Shown piece by piece: positions 1 to 9,142 of a DNA stretch of 64,000 bases. The DNA is from Bacteroidota bacterium (GTDB taxonomy: Bacteria > Bacteroidota > Bacteroidia > Bacteroidales > JBHOTF01), in assembly GCA_042584005.1 (NCBI GenBank), contig JBHOTF010000004.1, positions 4,151-68,150 on the forward strand, written 5' to 3'. Below the pieces are notes generated by a model. It worked only from the letters and a program-made list of their open reading frames with translations, made no database searches and was not told where the DNA came from. The position numbers were made by a program, and so were the translations under genes. Position 1 is the stretch's first letter. Each line of letters begins with the position of its first letter.

Positions 1-1
1 A

Positions 2-814
2 ACATTAAGCAATAAGGAGGCTGATATATATATATATTACGATTTTTATTGTTTTGTTAAAGAAAATATGTCATATGAACCTAAAGTTTCAGGATTCTTT
101 AGAAAAGATGATAATCTGGATGATTCATTTGATTTTTTATTTAGTATTGGTGGAGATGGAACATTTTTGGAAAGCATTATTTTTATAAGAAATAAAAATA
201 TACCGGTTGTTGGAATTAACAGCGGAACTCTTGGTTTTTTGGCGGATATTTCAAAAAGTGAAATTTCAAGTGCTTTGGAATCTCTGTTTAATAAAGAATA
301 TTCATTGTGTGCAAGAACTTTACTTGAATTAAAATCAAATAAAAATCTTTTTGGGGTTTTTAATTATGCTTTAAACGAGATTACTCTCCATAAACGTGAT
401 ACTTCATCAATGATAATTATTCACACTTATTTGGATAATAAATTAATGAATTCATATCGGGCTGATGGAATAATTGTGTCCACGCCTACTGGCTCAACAG
501 CATATTCTATGAGTGTTGGAGGACCAATTGTAACCCCAGATGCTAATAATATTATTATTGCTCCAATTGCTCCTCATAATCTTAGCGTAAGACCTCTGGT
601 TATTCCCGATAATATTAGTATTAAGCTTGAGGTTGAAGGAAGTGAAATAAATTATTTGGCCTCACTTGATTCCCGATCAGCAGAGTTTGATTCCGATGCA
701 GAATTTATTATCCGAAAAGCAAATTTCACACTGAAAACAATTGTATTTGCAAACAAATCATTTTATAGCACGCTGAGAAGCAAGCTAATGTGGGGATATG
801 ACAGTAGAAATTAG
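2..814 (+). CDS. nadK: NAD kinase, 5' end runs off the window (the ATG at 68 is probably internal)
   Basis: GGDGTFL motif and a NadK-like C-terminal half (STPTGSTAYSMSVGGPIV). The frame is open from nt 2. GGDGT lies only about 30 aa after the Met at 68, which is too close for a full-length NadK. Confidence 0.8.
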   Translation, partial: TLSNKEADIYIYYDFYCFVKENMSYEPKVSGFFRKDDNLDDSFDFLFSIGGDGTFLESIIFIRNKNIPVVGINSGTLGFLADISKSEISSALESLFNKEYSLCARTLLELKSNKNLFGVFNYALNEITLHKRDTSSMIIIHTYLDNKLMNSYRADGIIVSTPTGSTAYSMSVGGPIVTPDANNIIIAPIAPHNLSVRPLVIPDNISIKLEVEGSEINYLASLDSRSAEFDSDAEFIIRKANFTLKTIVFANKSFYSTLRSKLMWGYDSRN

Positions 815-897
815 AATTAAAGACCAAATAAATATTCTGTAGAATTCTATAATTTGTTGCAGGAAAAAAATCGACTAATAATCATAATTAATTATAC

Positions 898-905
898 TAT
901 ATTTG
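898..905 (+). promoter_or_regulatory. Candidate Bacteroidota -7 box TATATTTG (TAnnTTTG)
   Basis: Exact match to TAnnTTTG, 108 nt upstream of the OMP/uppS/bamA gene string. Confidence 0.4.
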
Positions 906-908
906 CGG

Positions 909-926
909 TTTACAAGTTATTGTAAA
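909..926. repeat. Perfect 7-bp inverted repeat TTTACAA-GTTA-TTGTAAA
   Basis: Read directly. The same half-site recurs at 980-1000 in the opposite arrangement. Confidence 0.6.
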
Positions 927-979
927 TAAATAAGAAAATATTAAAGTATTTTCTAAGAAAAAACTCAAAGCAGGGAGTT

Positions 980-1000
980 TTGTAAAAAATTGATTTACAA
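980..1000. repeat. Perfect 7-bp inverted repeat TTGTAAA-N7-TTTACAA
   Basis: Read directly. It shares its half-site with 909-926 and sits 13 nt upstream of the ATG at 1013. Confidence 0.6.
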
Positions 1001-1012
1001 TAAAAAAAGATA

Positions 1013-1654
1013 ATGAAGAAATTAATTATTATTACAATATTTTTTATGTCCTTTTGTGGGATAAATGCGCAAAAATATTTTGATATAGGAATATTCTCCG
1101 GAGGTTCTGCATATCATCCTGATTTTGTAAATCCATCATTTAAAGCAATTAACCCTTCATTTGGAGGCCTGGTCAAGTATAACTTAAATTCAAGATTTGC
1201 TTTAAGGAGTAGTATTATTTACGGACAGCTTGCTTTTCCTGATTCCACCATTGTAGATAAATATGTACCTGCTCAGGATATTTCTTCATTTTATGAATTT
1301 GCGGTTCAGATGGAGTTTAATTTTACTCCTTTTAAAGGCAATCTGAAAACTCCATGCTATTCTACTTATATTGCAATAGGACTTGCATATACCGGCTCGG
1401 ATATTAGTATTGCCAATGCTCAGGGGTTTTATTCCCAAATTGCAATACCTTTTACTGTAGGTTGGAAATATAATTTATCAAAACGTTTTGGTGTTGGTGT
1501 TGAATGGAATGTGAGAAAGATGATAAGTAAAAAAATGGGTGGACAGGAATTGTATAATGAGAGTTATCAGAAACATTGGTATTCGTTTGCAGGTATTGTA
1601 ATTTGTTACAAATTTGGAGGTCCCGACCTTGGAAGAATTATTTGGCACATATAA
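1013..1654 (+). CDS. Outer-membrane beta-barrel protein (DUF6089-like position between nadK and uppS)
   Basis: Signal peptide MKKLIIITIFFMSFCGINAQ and an alternating aromatic/hydrophobic strand pattern. The syntenic slot is conserved in Bacteroidota. Confidence 0.55.
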   Translation: MKKLIIITIFFMSFCGINAQKYFDIGIFSGGSAYHPDFVNPSFKAINPSFGGLVKYNLNSRFALRSSIIYGQLAFPDSTIVDKYVPAQDISSFYEFAVQMEFNFTPFKGNLKTPCYSTYIAIGLAYTGSDISIANAQGFYSQIAIPFTVGWKYNLSKRFGVGVEWNVRKMISKKMGGQELYNESYQKHWYSFAGIVICYKFGGPDLGRIIWHI

Positions 1655-1683
1655 GGATTATCAGTTATTTTATAACCTGAATT

Positions 1684-2424
1684 ATGAACTATAAAGAAGA
1701 ACTGATAAAAGATAAATTACCCCGGCATATTGCCGTTATCATGGATGGTAATGGCAGGTGGGCAAGGAAAAAAAATGCGCCCAGAATATTTGGACATAAA
1801 AATGGGGTGACAGCTGTGCGTGAGATTGTTGAAGCGTCCGGTGAGATTGGAATAAAATATTTATCATTATATGCTTTTTCTCAGGAAAATTGGAGCAGGC
1901 CTAAAGCTGAGATTGAAGCATTAATGAAGTTACTTATTTCAGCTATCGACTCTGAAAAAAAGAAACTAAACGATAATAATGTCCGTTTAAGAATTATTGG
2001 AGATTGGGATTCTCTGCCCGGGGACGTTAGTTTAAAGCTAAGAAAACTTGTAGATTCAACATCAGAAAATACAGGTTTGAATGTTATTCTGGCAATAAGT
2101 TATAGTGCTAGATGGGAAATTGTTGATGCAGTACGAAAAGTTGGCATGGATTTGGTAGATAAAAAAATCAAAATTGATGAAATTGAGGAGAAAATGCTCA
2201 GATCATATTTTGTATCGTCGGAAATACCAGATCCTGAACTTCTTATTCGTACAAGCGGAGAATATCGGATAAGTAACTTTTTATTATGGCAAATAGCATA
2301 TAGTGAATTGTATTTTACTGATACTTTATGGCCTGATTTCAGAAAAAAAGATCTCTATAAAGCGATTTATGATTATCAGAAAAGGGAGAGAAGATTTGGG
2401 AAAACAAGTGAACAATTATTCTAG
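1684..2424 (+). CDS. uppS: Undecaprenyl-diphosphate synthase (isoprenyl transferase)
   Basis: HIAVIMDGNGRWA and RTSGEYRISNFLLWQ motifs; 246 aa. Confidence 0.9.
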   Translation: MNYKEELIKDKLPRHIAVIMDGNGRWARKKNAPRIFGHKNGVTAVREIVEASGEIGIKYLSLYAFSQENWSRPKAEIEALMKLLISAIDSEKKKLNDNNVRLRIIGDWDSLPGDVSLKLRKLVDSTSENTGLNVILAISYSARWEIVDAVRKVGMDLVDKKIKIDEIEEKMLRSYFVSSEIPDPELLIRTSGEYRISNFLLWQIAYSELYFTDTLWPDFRKKDLYKAIYDYQKRERRFGKTSEQLF

Positions 2425-2448
2425 AATAAACTAAATCACATAAGAGGA

Positions 2449-4941
2449 ATGTTAAAGAGAATATATATACTTTGCTTATTCATTTGTGTAACACTAAGCG
2501 GAAATTTTGCGCAAGTTACTATTAATCAGTCGGAAAAGGTAATTGATTATAATAGGCCCCGAACAATGGAGATTGGCGGTATTACTTTCTCGGGTGTGAA
2601 ATATGCCAGTCAAAACGTTTTATTACATTTATCCGGACTTGCTGTTGGACAAACTATTACTGTTCCTGGAACAGAGATAGAAAAAGCAATAACAAAACTT
2701 TGGGAACAAGACTTGTTCTCAGATATAAGAATAAGTGAAACAAGGAGCTTTGCGGGAAAAATCTTTTTAGATATATATCTTCAGGAAAAACCAAAACTAT
2801 CTAAATTCTCTTTTACCGGTGTAACTAAATCTGAAGCTGATGACATTAGGGAAAAAGTTGGACTGCGCAGGAATAACAGGATAACAGATAATGAGATAAA
2901 TAGGGCCAAAAATACTATAATAGAACATTTTGTTAATAAAGGTTACCTCAATACAAAGGTGCAAATTGAACAATTGGCAGATACTGTAGAGGTTAATTCA
3001 GTTTATCTCAGAATAATTATTGAAAAAAATGAGAAGATAAAGATCCGGGAAATTTCCTTTGAGGGCAATGATATGATGCCTGAAAAAAAGCTCAGGGCAG
3101 CTATGAGGGAAACTAAAATTAAAGGACTTAAAAAAGGTATTCGGAGTATTTTTAAAACTTCAAAATTTATAAAAAGCAATTTTGAGCTGGATAAAGAATT
3201 AATTAAGGTTAAATATAATGAGTTAGGGTATAGAGATGCCAGAATACTCAGTGATTCGATTATTGTAAATGATGAAAAAACAATAGATTTGATTATCAGG
3301 GTTGAAGAAGGCAAACAATATTTTTTCAGAGATATTACCTGGAGTGGAAATACTAAATATTCTTCAAGCTGGCTTAGCGAGTATCTGGGTATTGAAAAGG
3401 GAAGTGTTTTTAACCAGACAAATCTTCAAATGCGTCTTGATATGGATCAGAATTCTATTCGAAGTTTATATCAGAATCAGGGATATTTGAATTTTTATGT
3501 AATACCAGTTGAGGTAATGGTAGAAAACGACTCTATTGACATGGAAATTAGAATAATTGAAAACAAAATTGCATATATCAATAATGTGATAATTGAGGGT
3601 AATGATAAAACCAATGAACATGTTATAAGAAGAGAACTTTTAACCCTTCCTGGTGATATGTTTTCACGTGAATTAATAATGGAGAGTCAAAGGGAAATTG
3701 CCCAGTTAGGCCATTTTGATCCTGAGAGTGTTCAAAGAGATTTTGATGTTATTCCTAATCCTGATGGAAGTGTTGACCTGAAATATGGTGTGAAAGAAAG
3801 GCCGAATGACCAGATTGAAATATCAGGTGGTTGGGGATACAGGATGATTGTAGGTACTCTTGGTGTGCGATTTAATAATTTCTCAGTCAGGAATATTCTA
3901 AATAAATCTGCATGGAGACCATTACCTTCGGGCGACGGGCAGAGCCTTGGGCTCCAGGCAAGGTCAAATGGGAAATATTATCAATCATTTAATATAAATT
4001 TTGTTGAACCATGGCTTGGTGGTAAAAAACCAAACGCACTTTCAGTCAGCACCTATCTTACAAAACAAACCAATGGGCAAAAGAAAACAGATGATAGCTA
4101 CGGTGAAATGAAAATTTCGGGCTTTTCAGTCGGATTGAACCGAAGGTTAAAATGGCCTGATAGAAACTTCTTTTTAAGTCATGAGTTTAGTTTCCAACAA
4201 TATAATTTAAATAATTGGAGTGGATGGGGATTTAATATTTTCTCAGATGGAGTGGCAAATAACCTATATCTGAAAACAAATTTAATACGACAATCTACCG
4301 ATCAGCAATTATACCCAAGAAGAGGGTCAATTTTTTCTCTCTCTCTTCAAATCACACCTCCTTATTCATTGCTTAATGGAAAGGATTATGATATAATATC
4401 AAATGAGGAGAAATATAAATGGATTGAATATCATAAATGGTCATTTAAAGCTTCATGGTTTGCAGAATTAACCAAAAATCTGGTATTAAATGCAAAAGCT
4501 CAGTTTGGATACCTCGGGCATTATAATGTTAAGGCAAAGTCGCCTTTTGAAGGTTTTATTGTTGGTGGTAGCGGTATGACAGGATTTAATTATTATGGGC
4601 ATGAAACCGTTGCACTTAGAGGATATGACGACAGATCACTTACTCCAAATGAAGGAACTAATATTTATAATAAACTTACAGTTGAACTAAGATATCCGAT
4701 TTCACTTAATCCAACCTCTACAATTTATGCACTGGCATTTCTTGAAGGAGGTAATGCATGGTACGATTTTAAAAGTTTTAATCCTTTTAAAATAAAGCGT
4801 TCAGCTGGTATCGGTGTACGAATATTTATGCCGATGTTTGGAATGATGGGGATTGACTGGGGTTATGGTTTTGATGATATACCATTTAATCCGGGCAAAA
4901 ATGGCTCTCAGTTTCATTTTGTTCTTGGCCAACAATTCTGA
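2449..4941 (+). CDS. bamA: Outer membrane protein assembly factor BamA
   Basis: 830 aa with a signal peptide, POTRA-repeat region and an Omp85 barrel ending in ...HFVLGQQF. Followed by ompH genes. Confidence 0.9.
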   Translation: MLKRIYILCLFICVTLSGNFAQVTINQSEKVIDYNRPRTMEIGGITFSGVKYASQNVLLHLSGLAVGQTITVPGTEIEKAITKLWEQDLFSDIRISETRSFAGKIFLDIYLQEKPKLSKFSFTGVTKSEADDIREKVGLRRNNRITDNEINRAKNTIIEHFVNKGYLNTKVQIEQLADTVEVNSVYLRIIIEKNEKIKIREISFEGNDMMPEKKLRAAMRETKIKGLKKGIRSIFKTSKFIKSNFELDKELIKVKYNELGYRDARILSDSIIVNDEKTIDLIIRVEEGKQYFFRDITWSGNTKYSSSWLSEYLGIEKGSVFNQTNLQMRLDMDQNSIRSLYQNQGYLNFYVIPVEVMVENDSIDMEIRIIENKIAYINNVIIEGNDKTNEHVIRRELLTLPGDMFSRELIMESQREIAQLGHFDPESVQRDFDVIPNPDGSVDLKYGVKERPNDQIEISGGWGYRMIVGTLGVRFNNFSVRNILNKSAWRPLPSGDGQSLGLQARSNGKYYQSFNINFVEPWLGGKKPNALSVSTYLTKQTNGQKKTDDSYGEMKISGFSVGLNRRLKWPDRNFFLSHEFSFQQYNLNNWSGWGFNIFSDGVANNLYLKTNLIRQSTDQQLYPRRGSIFSLSLQITPPYSLLNGKDYDIISNEEKYKWIEYHKWSFKASWFAELTKNLVLNAKAQFGYLGHYNVKAKSPFEGFIVGGSGMTGFNYYGHETVALRGYDDRSLTPNEGTNIYNKLTVELRYPISLNPTSTIYALAFLEGGNAWYDFKSFNPFKIKRSAGIGVRIFMPMFGMMGIDWGYGFDDIPFNPGKNGSQFHFVLGQQF

Positions 4942-5038
4942 TTTTAGAATTATATTGAATAATCCTCAAAAATTACTCTAATATGTGGCATAAATATTGA
5001 GTATAGTAATTTTGATTGTTAACTTAATAAATAATGAT

Positions 5039-5557
5039 ATGAAAAAGATATTTTTAACATTAACTGTTTTGACCATAATATTGGGAACCGGATTTTCACA
5101 ACAAAAGTTTGCTTTTGTTGACTCAGACTATATCCTTGGAAATATTCCACGCTATGAATCTGCCCAAAAAAGCCTGGATAAACTTGCTGCCGACTGGCAA
5201 AAAGAAGTAGAAGCCCTATATGTAAAAGTCGATCAAATGTATAAAGATTTTCAAACAGATAAACCTCTTCTCATAGATGAAAGGAAAACAAAAAGAGAAA
5301 ATGAGATAATAGAAAAAGAAAAAGAAGCTAAAGATTTGCAAAAGAAGTATTTCGGACGTGAGGGTGAATTGTATAAGAAACGGACTGAGTTGGTTAAACC
5401 TATTCAGGATGAAGTTTTTAATGCTGTTCAGGAATTAGCTGAAGAAGGAAATTATGCAGTAATATTTGATACATCAGGCGGAATAGGTATGCTTTATACA
5501 AATCCGAAATGGGATAAAAGCGATGAAGTGCTTGAAAAGCTAGGTTTTAAAAAATAA
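5039..5557 (+). CDS. OmpH/Skp-family periplasmic chaperone
   Basis: Signal peptide MKKIFLTLTVLTIILGTGFSQQ and a coiled-coil-rich body. I prefer the ATG at 5039 to the TTG at 4997 in the ORF track. Confidence 0.8.
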   Translation: MKKIFLTLTVLTIILGTGFSQQKFAFVDSDYILGNIPRYESAQKSLDKLAADWQKEVEALYVKVDQMYKDFQTDKPLLIDERKTKRENEIIEKEKEAKDLQKKYFGREGELYKKRTELVKPIQDEVFNAVQELAEEGNYAVIFDTSGGIGMLYTNPKWDKSDEVLEKLGFKK

Positions 5558-5561
5558 TTAC

Positions 5562-5569
5562 TATCTTTG
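5562..5569 (+). promoter_or_regulatory. Candidate -7 box TATCTTTG
   Basis: TAnnTTTG match 69 nt upstream of the second ompH. Confidence 0.4.
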
Positions 5570-5637
5570 TGAGCTTAAAAAAGTAATTTAAAAGCAATTA
5601 GAATTAATTATTAATATTATAAAATAAAAAAATACAG

Positions 5638-6159
5638 ATGAAAACAATTCTGAAATTATTAGTTGTGGTTCTGTTTATTTCAGCAGGATCTGTGAATGCT
5701 CAAAAGAGTCAGAAAGTTGGACATATTGATTTTCAGTCACTTATTCAAGTTATGCCTGAAACTGCAGTAGCAAGTGCGGAACTGTTAAAACAACAAACCG
5801 AAATGGAAACTCAGTTAGACAATATGAGAGTTGAATATAATAGGCTTGTCAATGAACTTCAAACCCAACAAGATTCACTTCTTCCTATAGTTATACAGGC
5901 CAAAAGTGTTGAGATTGGTAATAGTGAGAAATTGATAAATGATTATTTTACCAGTGCACAGCAACAACTTGGTGATTTACAAGCTTCACTAACTCAACCA
6001 ATAGTTTTGGCAGCACAAAACGCAGTAAAAGAAGTTGCCAAAGAAAAAGGATATTCATATGTTTTTAACTCAAATCCTAATGTAGGATCCTTGTTAGTTT
6101 TTCCTGAAGTTACTGATGATTTATTACCTTTTGTTAAAGAAAAACTGGGGATAAAATAA
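5638..6159 (+). CDS. OmpH/Skp-family periplasmic chaperone (second copy)
   Basis: Signal peptide ending in VNAQ and a Skp-like helical body, in tandem with the first ompH. Confidence 0.75.
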   Translation: MKTILKLLVVVLFISAGSVNAQKSQKVGHIDFQSLIQVMPETAVASAELLKQQTEMETQLDNMRVEYNRLVNELQTQQDSLLPIVIQAKSVEIGNSEKLINDYFTSAQQQLGDLQASLTQPIVLAAQNAVKEVAKEKGYSYVFNSNPNVGSLLVFPEVTDDLLPFVKEKLGIK

Positions 6160-6186
6160 TTGAAAAAATTTAGTTTTCAAGATATT

Positions 6187-6227
6187 CCTTGCTTTTTTGA
6201 ATAATCAAAGAAGCAAGGTTTTTTTTT
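6187..6227 (+). terminator. Rho-independent terminator after ompH-2
   Basis: 14-bp stem CCTTGCTTTTTTGA / TCAAAGAAGCAAGG (one G-U pair), loop ATAA, then nine T residues. Confidence 0.8.
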
Positions 6228-6233
6228 ATTATT

Positions 6234-7052
6234 ATGAATCTGAGCCCTGAACAACCAATAGGATTATTTGACTCCGGAGTAGGAGGTTTGACTGTTGCAA
6301 GCGCAATAAAAAGAATTCTGCCTAATGAGAATATTATATATTTCGGAGATATAGCACATTTACCTTACGGTGATAAATCGGCCGAGTCGGTAAAATATTA
6401 TTCAACCAGAATATCATCATTTCTTCTTGAACAGAATTGTAAAGTAATACTTGTTGCATGTAATACTGCCTCAGCTCAGGCTTATAATGACGTGCAGAAA
6501 CTAGTAGGTGAGAAGGCCATTGTTATGAATGTTATTGATCCTGTTGTTGAATATTTAATTACGCATGCCAAAAAAGGGAAAGTTGGAATAATTGGAACAA
6601 AAGGAACTATTAGTAGCGGGGTTTATGAGGAAAAAATAAAAGAGAAGAATAAAAATTTGGAAGTTAGCTCAATACCAACTCCTTTATTTGTTCCAATGAT
6701 AGAGGAAGGTTTTATTTTTGATAATATTAGTAATGCTATAATAAAGTCATATTTATCAAGGCCTGAATTGAATAATATAGCCACTCTTATTCTTGGATGT
6801 ACCCATTACCCGATAATTAAAAACCAAATAAGCAAATATTACGATTTTAAAGTAGATATAATTGATTCAGCACAAACAGCAGCTGCCAGATTACGTGTTT
6901 TACTCGAAAATAAATCTTTGTTGAATAATAATCCTGAACCTGACAATAAATTTTTTGTATCAGATTATACTCCTTCTTTTGAAGTTATTTCTAAAATGTT
7001 TTTTGAGGAAAAAATTAACCTGAAAAAACTCGATCTCTGGAAAGAAAAATAG
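6234..7052 (+). CDS. murI: Glutamate racemase
   Basis: GLFDSGVGGLTV, ACNTAS and GCTHYP motifs. Confidence 0.9.
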   Translation: MNLSPEQPIGLFDSGVGGLTVASAIKRILPNENIIYFGDIAHLPYGDKSAESVKYYSTRISSFLLEQNCKVILVACNTASAQAYNDVQKLVGEKAIVMNVIDPVVEYLITHAKKGKVGIIGTKGTISSGVYEEKIKEKNKNLEVSSIPTPLFVPMIEEGFIFDNISNAIIKSYLSRPELNNIATLILGCTHYPIIKNQISKYYDFKVDIIDSAQTAAARLRVLLENKSLLNNNPEPDNKFFVSDYTPSFEVISKMFFEEKINLKKLDLWKEK

Positions 7053-7247
7053 AATATTTTATCTTAAAATAAATCATTAATCAACATTTATTCACTGCAA
7101 ATAATACAGAATTAATAGTATTCAATGATAATTTTATGTTTTGTGACATAAAATTTTTCAAGACAATGGGTTAAGTGTGTTAAAATCAGGTTGATAAAAT
7201 ATTGAAAAATTAAAGCATTTATCCTAAATATTGAAATAAAAAATATC

Positions 7248-7255
7248 TATGTTTG
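7248..7255 (+). promoter_or_regulatory. Candidate -7 box TATGTTTG
   Basis: TAnnTTTG match 41 nt upstream of korA. Confidence 0.45.
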
Positions 7256-7295
7256 CTCTTGATTTGTAGTAAAAAAATTTAAACAATTTTTCAAA

Positions 7296-9140
7296 ATGAG
7301 AAATAAATCAAAGGTCGTGGAACTCGATCATGTTGTTATCAGATTTTCCGGAGATTCAGGTGATGGAATGCAATTAACTGGCACATTGTTTTCTAATACA
7401 TCAGCTCTTATGGGAAATGATGTTTCTAATTTTCCTGATTATCCTGCCGAGATAAGAGGACCATCAGGCTCTGTATCTGGTGTTTCAGGTTTTCAATTGC
7501 AATTTGGAAGGAAAAAGGTAAAAACACCTGGTGATTATGCCGATGTGCTGGTTGCAATGAACCCTGCTGCTATTAAGGCAAATGCAAAATGGATTAAAAG
7601 AGGAGGCATAATTATTACTGATTCAGATAACTTTGATATTAAAAGTATTCAAAAAGCAGGCTATAAAGAAGATCCTGTTGTTGAAGAAAACCTTGGTGAT
7701 TTTAATTTGATTAAGGCTCCAATATCCAGTTTAACTCTGGAAAACCTTAAGGAATTTGATCTTGATCGAAAAACAATGCTGAGAAGTAAAAATATGTTTG
7801 CTCTGGGTATAGTCTTATGGTTGTTTGACAGGTCACTGGAATATTCTGAAAGTTATTTTGAAGAAAAATTCAAAACGAAGCCAATAATTATTAAGGCTAA
7901 TAAAAAAGTATTGGAAGCTGGTTATAATTTTGCAGAAACCATTGAAGCATTAGTTCCTTCATACAAGGTTGAATCGACTGAAATTGAAAAGGGTACTTAT
8001 AGAAATATTTCTGGAAATGATGCTGTTGCATGGGGATTTATTGCTGCTGCAGAAAAATCAGGTCGACAGTTATTTCTTGGATCATATCCTATTACTCCGG
8101 CTTCTGAAATTCTTGTGGAACTATCTAAAAGAAAAGATCTGGGTGTTAAATGTTTTCAGGCAGAAGATGAAATTGCAGGTATTTGTACAGCAATTGGTGC
8201 AAGTTTTGCCGGATCGCTTGGTGTTACTACAACCTCTGGCCCGGGTCTGGCACTAAAATCAGAAGCTATCGGACTGGCAGTTATTGCTGAATTACCATTA
8301 GTTGTTGTTAATGTACAAAGAGGAGGGCCTTCAACCGGCTTACCCACAAAATCAGAACAATCAGATCTTCTGCAATCATTATACGGAAGAAATGGGGAGA
8401 GTCCGGTAGTTGTAATGGCTGCAAGTTCACCATCAGATTGTTTTCATTATACATTTCATGCAAGCAAAATAGCACTCGAACATATGGTTCCGGTGATATT
8501 GTTAACAGATGGTTTTCTTGGACTGGGATCAGAACCATGGAAAATTCCTAAAATGAAAGATTATCCTGATATTAATCCACCTATTGTAAAAGCAAATACC
8601 AAAGACTGGATGCCTTATGTTAGAGATTTAGAAAAACATGCACGTACATGGGCTATTCCGGGAACACCTGGTTTGAAACACAGAATAGGTGGCTTAGAAA
8701 AAGATGCTGTAACAGGAAATCCTTCTCATGTTCCTGAAAATCATCAATTAATGACCGATAATCGTGCTGAGAAGGTTAGACGTGTGCAAAATTTCATTCC
8801 TGATGTGGAAGTTTACGGGGCTGATAAAGCCGATTTGCTTGTTGTGGGATGGGGAGGAACTTTCGGGCATCTTCTTTCAGCAGTTGAGGAGTTACAGGAT
8901 GAAAAGAAAAGCATAAGCCTGGCTCATTTTAATTATATCAACCCACTACCAGCTAATACTGGTGAAGTTTTAGGTCGGTATAAGAAAATTGTTGTTTGTG
9001 AAATTAATATGGGGCAGTTTGCAAGTTATCTGAGAATGAACTTCCCTCAATATGAATATTTGCAATATAATAAAGTTCAAGGACTTCCATTTACAATTAT
9101 AGAATTAAAAGAATGTTTCAATAAAATGTTGGAGGAATAA
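7296..9140 (+). CDS. korA: 2-oxoglutarate(2-oxoacid):ferredoxin oxidoreductase, fused gamma-alpha subunit
   Basis: 614 aa. A gamma-like N-terminal domain (RFSGDSGDGMQLTG) is followed by an alpha domain. It is translationally coupled to the TPP-binding beta subunit. Confidence 0.85.
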   Translation: MRNKSKVVELDHVVIRFSGDSGDGMQLTGTLFSNTSALMGNDVSNFPDYPAEIRGPSGSVSGVSGFQLQFGRKKVKTPGDYADVLVAMNPAAIKANAKWIKRGGIIITDSDNFDIKSIQKAGYKEDPVVEENLGDFNLIKAPISSLTLENLKEFDLDRKTMLRSKNMFALGIVLWLFDRSLEYSESYFEEKFKTKPIIIKANKKVLEAGYNFAETIEALVPSYKVESTEIEKGTYRNISGNDAVAWGFIAAAEKSGRQLFLGSYPITPASEILVELSKRKDLGVKCFQAEDEIAGICTAIGASFAGSLGVTTTSGPGLALKSEAIGLAVIAELPLVVVNVQRGGPSTGLPTKSEQSDLLQSLYGRNGESPVVVMAASSPSDCFHYTFHASKIALEHMVPVILLTDGFLGLGSEPWKIPKMKDYPDINPPIVKANTKDWMPYVRDLEKHARTWAIPGTPGLKHRIGGLEKDAVTGNPSHVPENHQLMTDNRAEKVRRVQNFIPDVEVYGADKADLLVVGWGGTFGHLLSAVEELQDEKKSISLAHFNYINPLPANTGEVLGRYKKIVVCEINMGQFASYLRMNFPQYEYLQYNKVQGLPFTIIELKECFNKMLEE

Positions 9141-9142
9141 TT

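Noticed and set aside
24-37. (AT)7 dinucleotide repeat, considered as a phase-variation or frameshift site, or as a promoter element upstream of a short nadK.
   Set aside because: The nadK frame is open through the repeat back to nt 2, and the repeat encodes DIYIYY. It is simply coding sequence of a gene whose 5' end lies outside the window. nadK is an unlikely phase-variable gene.
68-70. ATG given by the ORF track as the nadK start.
   Set aside because: The GGDGT motif would lie only about 30 aa from the N-terminus, and the frame stays open upstream to the window edge. I treat it as an internal Met.
4997-5038. N-terminal extensions from TTG starts in the ORF track (4997 ompH, 35073 MobB-like, 36380 moeA, 37524 moaA, 42515 Fe-S subunit, 58228 small OMP).
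   Set aside because: In each case a downstream in-frame ATG gives a canonical signal peptide or family-typical N-terminus. I therefore trimmed the calls.
7131-7154. Perfect 9-bp inverted repeat ATTTTATGT-N6-ACATAAAAT between murI and korA, considered as a terminator or operator.
   Set aside because: The stem is almost entirely A-T with a single G-C pair, so stability is very low. There is no adjacent T-run of note. Such repeats are expected by chance in AT-rich spacers.
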